Below are positions 1 through 8,167 of a stretch of 39,233 bases of DNA, one piece after another (the stretch's first letter is position 1; every line of letters starts with the position of its first letter). The stretch comes from Eubacteriales bacterium. Lineage in GTDB: Bacteria; Bacillota; Clostridia; Oscillospirales; CAG-272. The stretch covers positions 1 to 39,233 of the forward strand of contig JAZOOB010000044.1 of assembly GCA_045654845.1 (NCBI GenBank), read 5' to 3'. The position numbers and the translations under genes are program-made. A model generated the notes under the pieces. The model saw only the letters and a program-made list of their open reading frames with translations, did not search any database and was not told the origin of the DNA.

Positions 1-1
1 C

Positions 2-1087
2 GATGGCGTATCCCTTACCGTAACCGACACCAAAAAGACCGACGGAATATATATCCATTTAGTAATCGTTAATTCGGGAGTTATCAGAGAGGGAGACGTC
101 CTTTCGCTTTCCGTAGACAAGGAAAGAAGAAACGCGATAAAGAGAAACCACTCGGCGTGTCATCTCGTACAGGCGGCTCTTCGTTCTGTGCTCGGTAATC
201 ACGTAGAGCAGGCAGGCTCTTACGTAGATGAAAAGGAAATGAGATTCGACTTTTCTCACTTCGCGGCGCTCACAAAGGAAGAGCTTCGCGCAGTAGAGAA
301 GATTGTAAACGAAAGTATACTTTCAGCAGAGCCCGCAGAAACCCTTGAAACCGATATGGCGACAGCAAAGAAGCTTGGTGCTATGGCACTCTTCTCTGAA
401 AAATACGGTGACAAGGTAAGAGTAGTTAAGATGGGCTCGAAGTCCACCGAGCTCTGTGGCGGAACTCACGTAGAAAACACGGGAAATATCGGACTTTTCA
501 GATTCGTTTCCGAAAACTCGGTTTCCGCAGGCGTGCGTCGTGTAGTAGGTGTTACGGGCTTTGGCGTTCTTTCACTTCTTGAAGAAAAGGAAGGACAGCT
601 TACAGACGTAGCAAAGGAGCTTAAAGCACCTAATCTTAATGACCTTTCAAAGCGCGCTTCTATGTTGCAGAATGAAATAAAAGAGCTCAAGCGTGAGCTT
701 GATAGCGCAAACTCGAAGCTCTCTCAGGCAGAGCTTGGCTCACTCATTACGAAGGCGAAATCGCTCGGCAAGGTTAAGCTTCTCGCAGCGAAGCTTGACG
801 TGAAGCCCGACGCGGCAAGAGCTATATGCGACACCATAAAGGCAGAGCATAGCGACACGGTTGCCGTGCTTGCGGTAGTAAACGAAGGAAAACTCAACTT
901 CGTATGTGCGTGTGGCGCTGATGCGGTAAAGGCCGGTGCTCATGCAGGAAACCTTCTGCGCGAGGTCAGTGCCGTAACAGGTGGTAAGGGCGGCGGACGT
1001 CCCGACAGCGCGATGAGTGGCGGGCGTGATATCGACAAGATTCCCGAAGCGCTCTTAAAGGCAGAAGAAATCCTGTCTAATTTATAA
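2..1087 (+). CDS. alaS: Alanine--tRNA ligase, C-terminal part (5' end outside window)
   Basis: The frame of ORF 188..1087 stays open back to base 2 (the listed M is an internal GTG). The translation carries AlaRS editing-domain motifs (NHSACHLVQAALRSVLG, MRFDFSHF, LCGGTHVENTG) and the C-terminal GGKGGGRPDSAMSGG tail. Confidence 0.9.
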   Translation, partial: DGVSLTVTDTKKTDGIYIHLVIVNSGVIREGDVLSLSVDKERRNAIKRNHSACHLVQAALRSVLGNHVEQAGSYVDEKEMRFDFSHFAALTKEELRAVEKIVNESILSAEPAETLETDMATAKKLGAMALFSEKYGDKVRVVKMGSKSTELCGGTHVENTGNIGLFRFVSENSVSAGVRRVVGVTGFGVLSLLEEKEGQLTDVAKELKAPNLNDLSKRASMLQNEIKELKRELDSANSKLSQAELGSLITKAKSLGKVKLLAAKLDVKPDAARAICDTIKAEHSDTVAVLAVVNEGKLNFVCACGADAVKAGAHAGNLLREVSAVTGGKGGGRPDSAMSGGRDIDKIPEALLKAEEILSNL

Positions 1088-1094
1088 AAAACTA

Positions 1095-1127
1095 AAAAAG
1101 AGCAGAGAAAAATCTCTGCTCTTTTTT
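1095..1127. terminator. Intrinsic terminator, potentially bidirectional (between convergent alaS and XRE gene)
   Basis: AAAAAGAGCAGAGA-aaaa-TCTCTGCTCTTTTTT: a perfect GC-containing stem flanked by an A-run and a T-run. Confidence 0.8.
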
Positions 1128-1178
1128 GATGAATAATGAAACGCTTCACTTATCGAAAAATGGCAACGGGATTTGTAC

Positions 1179-1418
1179 TCAAACGAGCTTATCAAGATCG
1201 ACTCCAAAAATTTCTGCGAAGCCCTTAAGCTCGATGTCGGTAACAAATCTTTTTCCACACTCTATTCTTTGTATGGCATTTTTGTCCAAGTCTATACCAA
1301 TTAGTTGCATTTTATCCGCAAGGCCTCTTTGCGAAAGCTTTGTGGGGTAGGACAGTCTGAGCGCGCGAACGTTATCACCGCACAAATTGTTCTTGCCCTC
1401 GTTTTTGTTCTTGAACAT
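1179..1418 (-). CDS. XRE-family helix-turn-helix transcriptional regulator (79 aa)
   Basis: HTH_3-like core LSQRGLADKMQLIGIDLDKNAIQRIECGKR. A strong RBS (AAAGAGGTG) precedes the ATG at 1418. Confidence 0.75.
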   Translation of the reverse strand: MFKNKNEGKNNLCGDNVRALRLSYPTKLSQRGLADKMQLIGIDLDKNAIQRIECGKRFVTDIELKGFAEIFGVDLDKLV

Positions 1419-1445
1419 TTTACACCTCTTTTTGACATTTAGTGA

Positions 1446-1474
1446 TTGACAAATTTATTATAGTATGTTAGAAT
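1446..1474 (+). promoter_or_regulatory. Sigma-A type promoter for the AbrB-like gene
   Basis: TTGACA (1446-1451), 17-bp spacer, TAGAAT (1469-1474). Confidence 0.6.
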
Positions 1475-1483
1475 ACAGGAGAT

Positions 1484-1500
1484 GACATTCATTGAATGTC
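1484..1500. promoter_or_regulatory. 17-bp perfect palindrome, candidate operator in the divergent XRE/AbrB-like intergenic region
   Basis: GACATTCA-T-TGAATGTC. It lies about 10 bp downstream of the -10 element of the + strand promoter. Confidence 0.5.
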
Positions 1501-1536
1501 AATTTGGGTTGATGAAGGTTTGCAAAGGAAAAAACA

Positions 1537-1716
1537 ATGATAGGAATTATAAAAGAAATAGATAAGCTTGGAAGAATTGTTATACCAAAGGAAATCAGGA
1601 AGCGCTTCGGCTTAAATGAAAACGTAGAAATTATAGCAACCGAGCTTGGTGTGGTACTGAGAAGTCCGGAATACAGACTCGTAAGAGTAGAAAAAGACGA
1701 AACAAACAGAGACTAA
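1537..1716 (+). CDS. AbrB/SpoVT-family DNA-binding protein, 59 aa (below the ORF-track size cut-off)
   Basis: My translation: MIGIIKEIDKLGRIVIPKEIRKRFGLNENVEIIATELGVVLRSPEYRLVRVEKDETNRD. The GIIKEIDKLGRIVIPKEIRKRFGL stretch matches the AbrB N-terminal swapped-hairpin motif (GIVRKVDELGRVVIPIELRRTLGI in B. subtilis AbrB). A terminator follows. Confidence 0.7.
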   Translation: MIGIIKEIDKLGRIVIPKEIRKRFGLNENVEIIATELGVVLRSPEYRLVRVEKDETNRD

Positions 1717-1737
1717 AAAGAGCTATAAAGAAGACAA

Positions 1738-1767
1738 AGAGCAGAGATTTTTCTCAGCTCTTTTTTC
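1738..1767 (+). terminator. Intrinsic terminator after the AbrB-like gene
   Basis: AGAGCAGAGA-ttttt-TCTCAGCTCT plus a T6 run, with one A/A mismatch in the stem. Confidence 0.65.
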
Positions 1768-1884
1768 TTTGAAAAAGCGAATAAATTCGCTAAAAATAGA
1801 AGTATTTTTCTCGGTATATACGACCTTTTTTGTCGTGACTTTATGTTATTATTCAATTATCACGTAAAAAGGAAGTAAAAACCT

Positions 1885-4305
1885 ATGCAAACAAGAAAAA
1901 ACAAAGAATTTTCCGACGTACATATTCTTTCGGGCGATAGACCGATTGCGCTCTTTTTTTCACAGCTTTTCTCGGAATTTGAGGACGAGGACAAGCGTGG
2001 ACAAGAGATTCTTGTCGATTTGGCCATTTTCGCCATTTGTGCGCTTTTTTGTACGACCCATATAGTTTTTGGGGCATTTCCACTCGGTATAGCCTTTTTG
2101 TGCGCCGCGAGAAGAAGGCTTTTTCCCACTATGCTCGGGCTTCTTTTCGGCTGTGCATTTCTTTCTGACGCGGGCGCTATTTATGCTTTGGTCTATTTAG
2201 TTATTTTTTCTTTTAGAATATTCGTGTCAGCCCCTATCGAAAAAAGAAGAGTATTTCCTATATGCGAGCACTATTTTGAGGAGGCGGTGTCGCTTCGCAT
2301 AGCGCTTTCGGTCTTCTTTTCCTTTTTGCTTTCGCTCTATCAGATATTACTCGGCGGAATAGACAGGGCTTCTCTGTTTTTCGTTTCTGCGATGCTTTTG
2401 CTGATCCCCACCTTTTGTCTTTTGTTTTTGGGTATGACCGAGAGCAATTTAGGGGTGGGCGAGCTTTTCGGCTTTGGAAAAAGAAAGCGCAACGTGTGGG
2501 GAAGGGTATCACCGCTTTACGCGCAGATATCACTTCTTTCATACATATCTCTTTTGGTGTTTTCGCTCGATAAAATTTCTATGTTTGGGGTTTCCTTCTC
2601 GCTTGCTTTTCTTACGCTTTCCACCTTCTTCGTCTCAAAAAGGTTTGGCGCGCTTCGTGGCTGCTTTACAGGGCTTGTGGCGTCTCTTTCGCTTGGTGTT
2701 GTTTACGCGCCCTCATTTGCACTTCTCGGTCTTATATCGGGCATTTTGTGGCAGTTTGGCGCTTTTTATTCGCTTTCGCTCGGAGTCGCCTCCGCTATCG
2801 GCTGGGCGTCCTACATAGGTGGACTTGAGGGATTTATATATTTGTCGCCCGCCTTGTCCGCTACGACGCTTTTGTTCTTCCCCCTCTTTTCAAAAATTCG
2901 CTCGGAGGGTGAACGCGAAAAGGCGGAGATGAAAGAGAAAAAAATAAAAGAGCAGACCGAGTCTGCCGTGGCGACCGACTATGGCGCAGACAGAATAAAA
3001 AGACTTTCGCGTAGCTTTTCCGAGCTTTCCGAGATGTTTTCAAAAATGAACAAGACGACAGACGTGCCGACAAAAGAAGACTATTTTTCGGTGTGTAAGG
3101 ACGTTTGCGGCGAGTTTTGCCCTTCCTGCGCGAGATGCGATAAATGCTGGCGAGACGAGGAAAAAGAGGCATACTTCGCTTTTTCCGAGCTTGCGTCTGT
3201 GCTCGAAAGAAAAGGGGATTTCCGCCATCTGCGTATTTCCGACTCGCTTTTTTCCAAATGCCCGAATATGAAAAGGATTCTTTCTTCGGTGTCGGAGCGC
3301 TTGGCAGAGGAAAACAGAGCGCGACGAAAGAGTAACAAAAACGACCTTATAGCCATAGACTATACAATGATGTCTCGGCTGCTTGAAAGTGTGTCGAGTG
3401 CCGAAAAAAGCGAAAGCGAGCAGGACGTAGCCCTTTGTGACGCTCTGCGCAAGGTGTGTGACGAAAAGAAGCTTTCTGTCGACAGAATTGTCGCGTACGG
3501 AAAGAGAAGAAAGAGAATTGCCCTTTCGTCGAGAAATATAGAAGAACTACGAAAGGCGCTGCCCGACCTGCACGAAAGATTTGAAAAAATCGTAGGCTGC
3601 TCTTTGAGTCCATTCGAGCTTGAAAGAACGAGCGAGGCACTGACAGCCCGTACCTATGCCATAAGAAAATTTGACGTGGAATTCGCTTCGGCTTCGCTTG
3701 CGTCAAGCACGGGTGAAATTTCGGGAGATAAGCATAAATGCTTCTTTTCGCGTGACGAGTATTTCTACACTGTGATAAGCGACGGAATGGGAAGCGGAGA
3801 AGAGGCGGCGGAAAGTGCCGAGATCTGCGTCTCCTTCCTTGAACAGATGCTGAAGGTGGGAGTGTCGAAAACGCTGTCTTTAAAAATGCTGAACAATCTG
3901 CTTCGCTCACGCGAAAACGAATGCGCATCGACAGTCGACCTCTTTGAATTCGATCTGTTATACGGCAGAACGACCTTTATAAAAAGCGGGGCGGCGGTTT
4001 CCTACGTGAAGCGAGGCGAGGACGTTTTCAGAATACGCTCGAAGACGGCGCCTCTCGGCATTATGAAGAATTTGGATGCAGAAAAGACCGATTTCGAGAT
4101 AAAGGACGGGGACATTATCATTATGCTTTCCGACGGAGTTTCGGGAGAGGGCGAGGATAACGGCTGGCTACTCGCTCTTTTGAGCAAGGAACGAAACGAC
4201 TCGCTTGATTCGCTTGCAAAGGAGATTCTGGCGGTAAGAGAAAATAAAAAGGAAAACGACGATGACATGACAGTGTCGATTATAAAGGTAATAGGTAAGA
4301 GGTAA
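1885..4305 (+). CDS. spoIIE: Stage II sporulation protein E (membrane PP2C phosphatase)
   Basis: 806 aa with RBS AAGGAAG upstream. The N-terminal third is a series of hydrophobic TM segments. The C-terminal ~200 aa is a PP2C/SpoIIE domain (ISDGMGSGEEAAESA, IIIMLSDGVSG, DDMTVSIIKV). Confidence 0.9.
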   Translation: MQTRKNKEFSDVHILSGDRPIALFFSQLFSEFEDEDKRGQEILVDLAIFAICALFCTTHIVFGAFPLGIAFLCAARRRLFPTMLGLLFGCAFLSDAGAIYALVYLVIFSFRIFVSAPIEKRRVFPICEHYFEEAVSLRIALSVFFSFLLSLYQILLGGIDRASLFFVSAMLLLIPTFCLLFLGMTESNLGVGELFGFGKRKRNVWGRVSPLYAQISLLSYISLLVFSLDKISMFGVSFSLAFLTLSTFFVSKRFGALRGCFTGLVASLSLGVVYAPSFALLGLISGILWQFGAFYSLSLGVASAIGWASYIGGLEGFIYLSPALSATTLLFFPLFSKIRSEGEREKAEMKEKKIKEQTESAVATDYGADRIKRLSRSFSELSEMFSKMNKTTDVPTKEDYFSVCKDVCGEFCPSCARCDKCWRDEEKEAYFAFSELASVLERKGDFRHLRISDSLFSKCPNMKRILSSVSERLAEENRARRKSNKNDLIAIDYTMMSRLLESVSSAEKSESEQDVALCDALRKVCDEKKLSVDRIVAYGKRRKRIALSSRNIEELRKALPDLHERFEKIVGCSLSPFELERTSEALTARTYAIRKFDVEFASASLASSTGEISGDKHKCFFSRDEYFYTVISDGMGSGEEAAESAEICVSFLEQMLKVGVSKTLSLKMLNNLLRSRENECASTVDLFEFDLLYGRTTFIKSGAAVSYVKRGEDVFRIRSKTAPLGIMKNLDAEKTDFEIKDGDIIIMLSDGVSGEGEDNGWLLALLSKERNDSLDSLAKEILAVRENKKENDDDMTVSIIKVIGKR

Positions 4306-4522
4306 TAGTGAAGAGGCTTTGATTTGTGAACGCAGGGAAGACGACCTCGACGCCTCGCGGAAAAGTGAAAAACAGAAGCCAAAAAGTTAACTTTTGTACG
4401 CATAAAAAAGCGCGAAAGACAAAAAAGATAAGATGCAGAGCCGATGGGCAGAACTTTTACATAAAAATGTTTTGCGAGCTTTGTCTAATTTTCACAAAAA
4501 TATTAAAATTAAAACAAACGTA

Positions 4523-4551
4523 TTTACAAAAATATCAGTGTGTGGTATAAT
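4523..4551 (+). promoter_or_regulatory. Sigma-A type promoter (extended -10) for the lipoprotein gene
   Basis: TTTACA, 17-bp spacer ending in TGTGG, TATAAT (4546-4551). Confidence 0.6.
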
Positions 4552-4592
4552 TATTTCAAATCGAAAGATATTTTTGAAAGGAATTTCTACAT

Positions 4593-5993
4593 ATGAAAAA
4601 GTTCACAAAAGTATTGGCTCTTATGTTGGCGCTCATCACTGTGCTTTCTCTCGCTGTTGCTTGCGGCGGCGAAAAGAATCCCGATGACGAGCCTGCAGTA
4701 ACCACTAAGGCTCCCACCACCACAAAGAAGCCCACAACCACGAAAAAGCCCACAACCACAAGACCCGCAGTAACAACGAGACCCGTAGTTCTCACAACTA
4801 CCATTCTTGAAGATGCAACTGTTGAAACCCCTGTTGCAGATCCTTTCGCAGGCTCTAACTTCAAGGCTGCAGATTACTATGCGCTTTACGTTGACGACGC
4901 TCTCGTTATGCACCTCAACTTCGCAGAGGTTAACTCCGCAACTCCCGCAATATTCGGCGGTGAGTTCTATAACGACCCCACAGTTGCGGCACAGAACAGA
5001 TTTAACGGTGTTGCAGCTAACTACGCTCCTTACGTTATTAAGTGTAATTATGCCGATCAGGTATCCGGCGGTACCGCTAAGATTGTTGCTCCTTGGTGGT
5101 TCGAGGACTACTATAATGACGGATACATCATGGGTGGCGGTAAGACCTCCAGCCAGAGCGACCTTTCCAACAAGCGTACCACTCCTCCCTTGGATGCAAG
5201 CAAGATCGTAAAAGAAGTTAAGGTTGGCGATTCCACCATTTACATTTGCAGAACCGACTCCTACGAGGAAAGATACTATCAGGGCAACGGCGAATGGACC
5301 AGATCCTGCTACGTTTCTCAGTGGGGTAACGGATTCCTCAGCGTTGGTAAGAACTCTCAGTTCAACTACCTTGCAGGCGACTACAAGGAAGGTCCTTACG
5401 TAGAGTTGAGAGATGCAGGCGCTTATACCATTGAATTTTCTATCAGACTTCCCGAGCTTGTAAGAGGCGCATACGTAAGATTGTTCACCGGTAACAAGTT
5501 CCAGCTCGTTACTGACAACGGCTCCTACGCTTTCAAGAACGAAGGAACCACCGGTTATTTGGTAAACGACAATGCATATAGCATTTCGATGGCCGGAACA
5601 GATCCCGTTGGTATCAACACCCTTACCCTTACTCACGATATGGTAAACGTATCTGCAGAGGATAAGGTTCTTGCAGGCGTTATCGCAAACGGTAAGTCTT
5701 ACATGAATCAGGAGTGCGTAAAGGGCGCTATGAACGTAAGCTTCGCTGCAGTTCCCTTCAATGGCATGGACCTCGACATATTCTCGATCCGTGTATACAA
5801 GAAGGCACTCACCGTAGACGAGGCTCTTCAGAACCACTTTGCTGATATCGCGCTTATCCTTAAGCTCGATATAACCAACTTCAACAAGCTCGATGCTGCT
5901 GGCAAACTCAACGTTTACAAGGCATTTGAGGGCAGATCCGCATCTGAAGGCAAGGCTACCTTGCAGGCAGTTCTTGACGGCGTTGCAAAATAA
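4593..5993 (+). CDS. Secreted lipoprotein with Thr/Lys/Pro-rich linker and LamG/ConA-like C-terminal domain; function unknown
   Basis: The signal peptide ends in a lipobox-like LAVA|C (Cys24). The linker is TTKAPTTTKKPTTTKKPTTTRPAVTTRP. The C-terminal DLDIFSIRVYKKALTVDEALQNHF resembles the characteristic end of LamG-type jelly-roll domains. The gene has its own promoter and terminator. Confidence 0.7.
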   Translation: MKKFTKVLALMLALITVLSLAVACGGEKNPDDEPAVTTKAPTTTKKPTTTKKPTTTRPAVTTRPVVLTTTILEDATVETPVADPFAGSNFKAADYYALYVDDALVMHLNFAEVNSATPAIFGGEFYNDPTVAAQNRFNGVAANYAPYVIKCNYADQVSGGTAKIVAPWWFEDYYNDGYIMGGGKTSSQSDLSNKRTTPPLDASKIVKEVKVGDSTIYICRTDSYEERYYQGNGEWTRSCYVSQWGNGFLSVGKNSQFNYLAGDYKEGPYVELRDAGAYTIEFSIRLPELVRGAYVRLFTGNKFQLVTDNGSYAFKNEGTTGYLVNDNAYSISMAGTDPVGINTLTLTHDMVNVSAEDKVLAGVIANGKSYMNQECVKGAMNVSFAAVPFNGMDLDIFSIRVYKKALTVDEALQNHFADIALILKLDITNFNKLDAAGKLNVYKAFEGRSASEGKATLQAVLDGVAK

Positions 5994-6008
5994 TTGACTA
6001 TAAAACCC

Positions 6009-6038
6009 AAAGGGCAGAGAGAAATCTCTGCCCTTTTT
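6009..6038. terminator. Intrinsic terminator after the lipoprotein gene
   Basis: AAAGGGCAGAGA-gaaa-TCTCTGCCCTTTTT. Confidence 0.8.
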
Positions 6039-6062
6039 GTATTTTTTCAAGTCACCTTTTCG

Positions 6063-6153
6063 CTCTTCACTCTTCACTATTCACTCTTCACTCTTCACTC
6101 TTCACTCTTCACTCTTCACTATTCACTCTTCACTATTCACTATTACCTCTTAC
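6063..6153. repeat. Heptanucleotide tandem repeat, 13 units (CTCTTCA x8, CTATTCA x3, then degenerate CTATTAC and CTCTTAC)
   Basis: Counted directly from the sequence. The 7-bp period is uninterrupted from 6063 to 6153, between two convergent genes. Confidence 0.95.
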
Positions 6154-6409
6154 TTTCCCTGTGCGCTCGGTCAAGCAAAAATACACCTATAAAGACGATA
6201 AGAATACTTGCTATAATGCTGTCAAAGCCTTCGCTTGCGCGCATATAAAGAAGAAGCCTTGTTTCACTATGTAGAGCGCTTTGCGAGAATAGGTAGTAAG
6301 AAATAATTAAAAGAGATATGTTTATTATACTCATTCCGATGACAAAAACGGCATATGCGCCTGAATATAGTTCTGACGGAAAGAGAAGAGGGTGTTTTTT
6401 CTTTTTCAT
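6143..6409 (-). CDS. Small hypothetical membrane protein (about 88 aa, two predicted TM segments)
   Basis: The ORF track lists 6143..6439 starting at a GTG. I prefer the ATG at 6409 because AGGAAG lies upstream. Lys-rich N-terminus followed by hydrophobic stretches YAVFVIGMSIINISLLIISYYLF and IIASILIVFIGVFLL. I recognise no family. Confidence 0.35.
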   Translation of the reverse strand: MKKKKHPLLFPSELYSGAYAVFVIGMSIINISLLIISYYLFSQSALHSETRLLLYMRASEGFDSIIASILIVFIGVFLLDRAHRESKR

Positions 6410-6577
6410 TTTTTTCTTCCTTTTTTCTTCCTTTTTCACTTATATTTTATCATAAGAAGAAAAAGCTTTCATTAGTGGATTTACGGCAATTGCGACAAAT
6501 TTTTAAATTATTACCAAAGGCGACCTTTTTCGCCCTTCATTTCTGCTATATTGAAAGAAAAAACTCGCGAGGTGGAC

Positions 6578-6859
6578 ATGAAAAACGACGTGCTGACAAG
6601 AAAAAGGGGCACTCTTTGTCAAAAGGAAATTAAAAAAACCGAATTTCTTACCCTTGAATACAGAATGTATGAACAAAGCGATTGCAAGGTGCCGTATTCT
6701 ATCGAAATCGTAGCGACGAACGGGCAAAACGAAATAAGCGGAATTTTAGAGCATTGCTTCGATTTGAAGGAGGAGGCGAAGGCTTTTTTTGAGGTGATTT
6801 CCCGCAATCTCGTCACCCCAATTTCACTTTCTTATATCTATGAGGACTACTGCGAATAG
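6578..6859 (+). CDS. Hypothetical small cytoplasmic protein (93 aa)
   Basis: The ORF track starts at a TTG at 6551. The ATG at 6578 follows GAGGTGG. I recognise no motifs. Confidence 0.4.
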   Translation: MKNDVLTRKRGTLCQKEIKKTEFLTLEYRMYEQSDCKVPYSIEIVATNGQNEISGILEHCFDLKEEAKAFFEVISRNLVTPISLSYIYEDYCE

Positions 6860-7027
6860 GGCTTTTATAATATTGACAAACTTTTGCCTAAATGTTTAAA
6901 GAATGTAAACGAATAGTAACAAACTATTAACAAATTTGTGAGATAATGTAAATGGCGTGAGTTCGGCTCTTTACAGTATCGGGCAAGCGCTAAATAATTT
7001 AAACGATTTAGACGGGAGAAAACGGAT

Positions 7028-8152
7028 ATGGATTTATCGTTTTTGTATGCCGCCCTTTTAGAGCTTACTTGGCAGCAGGTGGTAATGTGGGCTATTGGCG
7101 GACTTTTGATTTTTTTGGCAATTAAAAAGGATATGGAGCCTACGCTTCTTTTGCCTATGGGCTTCGGCACTATTCTCGTAAATATCCCCTTGTCAGGTGC
7201 GATAGGCGAGCACGGTGTTCTTACCACCCTTTTTGACGCGGGTATAGCAAACGAGCTGTTCCCCTTGCTTCTCTTCATCGGTATAGGCGCTATGATAGAC
7301 TTCAGCCCCGTGCTTTCAAATCCGAAGCTTATGCTTTTCGGCGCGGCTGCACAGTTCGGTATATTCTTCACCCTTTGTACCGCGTCTATGTTCTTCGATA
7401 TAAAGGAAGCGGCTTCTATCGGTATTATCGGTGCGGCAGACGGTCCTACCGCCATAGTCGTAGCGAATAAGCTTTTGGGCACTGACAGTAATATTACGGG
7501 CGCTATAATGGTAGCCGCATATTCGTATATGGCGTTAGTTCCTATAATCCAGCCCCCCGTTATCAAGGCGCTTACCACCAAAAAGGAACGCCTTATAAGA
7601 ATGCCTTATGCAGATAAGCAGGTTTCCCGCTTGACGAAGATTTTGTTCCCCATCGTAATTACGGTTGCGGCAGGTATAGTCGCGCCCGAGTCGGTTTCGC
7701 TTATAGGCTTCCTTATGTTCGGAAACCTTATTCGTGAGTGCGGAGTTCTTAACTCGCTTTCCGAAACCGCGCAGAAGGTGCTTGCAAACCTCATTACTAT
7801 ATTCCTCGGCATTACCATCGCTTGTCAGATGGAAGCGGAGAAATTCCTTAACTGGAACACCCTTCTCATTCTCGGTCTTGGCTTGTTCGCCTTCATTTTC
7901 GATACCGCGGGCGGTGTGCTCTTCGCAAAGCTTATAAACCTCTTCTTGCCGAAGGGCAAAAAGATAAACCCGATGATAGGTGCGGCAGGTATTTCCGCGT
8001 TCCCAATGTCGGGAAGAGTAGTACATAAGATGGGACTTAAGGAGGATCCCCAGAACTTCCTTCTTATGCACTCTATCGGTGTAAACGTATCGGGACAGAT
8101 CGCCTCTGTTATCGCGGGCGGTATGATACTCGCAATTTTCTCTAATATGTAA
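7028..8152 (+). CDS. oadB: Sodium-ion-translocating decarboxylase, beta (membrane pump) subunit
   Basis: Strong similarity by eye to the OadB/GcdB/MmdB family: EPTLLLPMGFG, IGIGAMIDFSPVLSNPKLMLFGAAAQFGIF, IGIIGAADGPTAI, AAYSYMALVPIIQPPVIKALTTKKER, NFLLMHS. Confidence 0.9.
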   Translation: MDLSFLYAALLELTWQQVVMWAIGGLLIFLAIKKDMEPTLLLPMGFGTILVNIPLSGAIGEHGVLTTLFDAGIANELFPLLLFIGIGAMIDFSPVLSNPKLMLFGAAAQFGIFFTLCTASMFFDIKEAASIGIIGAADGPTAIVVANKLLGTDSNITGAIMVAAYSYMALVPIIQPPVIKALTTKKERLIRMPYADKQVSRLTKILFPIVITVAAGIVAPESVSLIGFLMFGNLIRECGVLNSLSETAQKVLANLITIFLGITIACQMEAEKFLNWNTLLILGLGLFAFIFDTAGGVLFAKLINLFLPKGKKINPMIGAAGISAFPMSGRVVHKMGLKEDPQNFLLMHSIGVNVSGQIASVIAGGMILAIFSNM

Positions 8153-8167
8153 GAAGGAGGCGCTGAT

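Noticed and set aside
4587-6077. 496-aa ORF on the minus strand, longer than the lipoprotein ORF it overlaps
   Set aside because: It is antisense to a gene with a clear signal peptide, promoter, RBS and terminator. Its translation is Cys/Val/Ser-rich and low-complexity, with no RBS. This is a typical shadow ORF of a codon-biased gene.
6063-6153. Possible CRISPR array
   Set aside because: The units are 7 bp and directly abutting, with no spacers. There are no cas genes in the window. It is a microsatellite, not a CRISPR array.
5994-6248. 84-aa + strand ORF giving the repetitive peptide FSLFTLHYSLFTLHSSLFTLHYSLFTIHY
   Set aside because: It is an artefact of translating the 7-bp tandem repeat. 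It starts inside the terminator region of the upstream gene with no RBS.
6873-6901. Promoter for oadB (TTGACA at 6873 with TTAAAG/TTTAAA as the -10)
   Set aside because: The -35 is perfect, but no acceptable -10 hexamer lies at a 16-18 bp spacing, so I did not list it as a feature.
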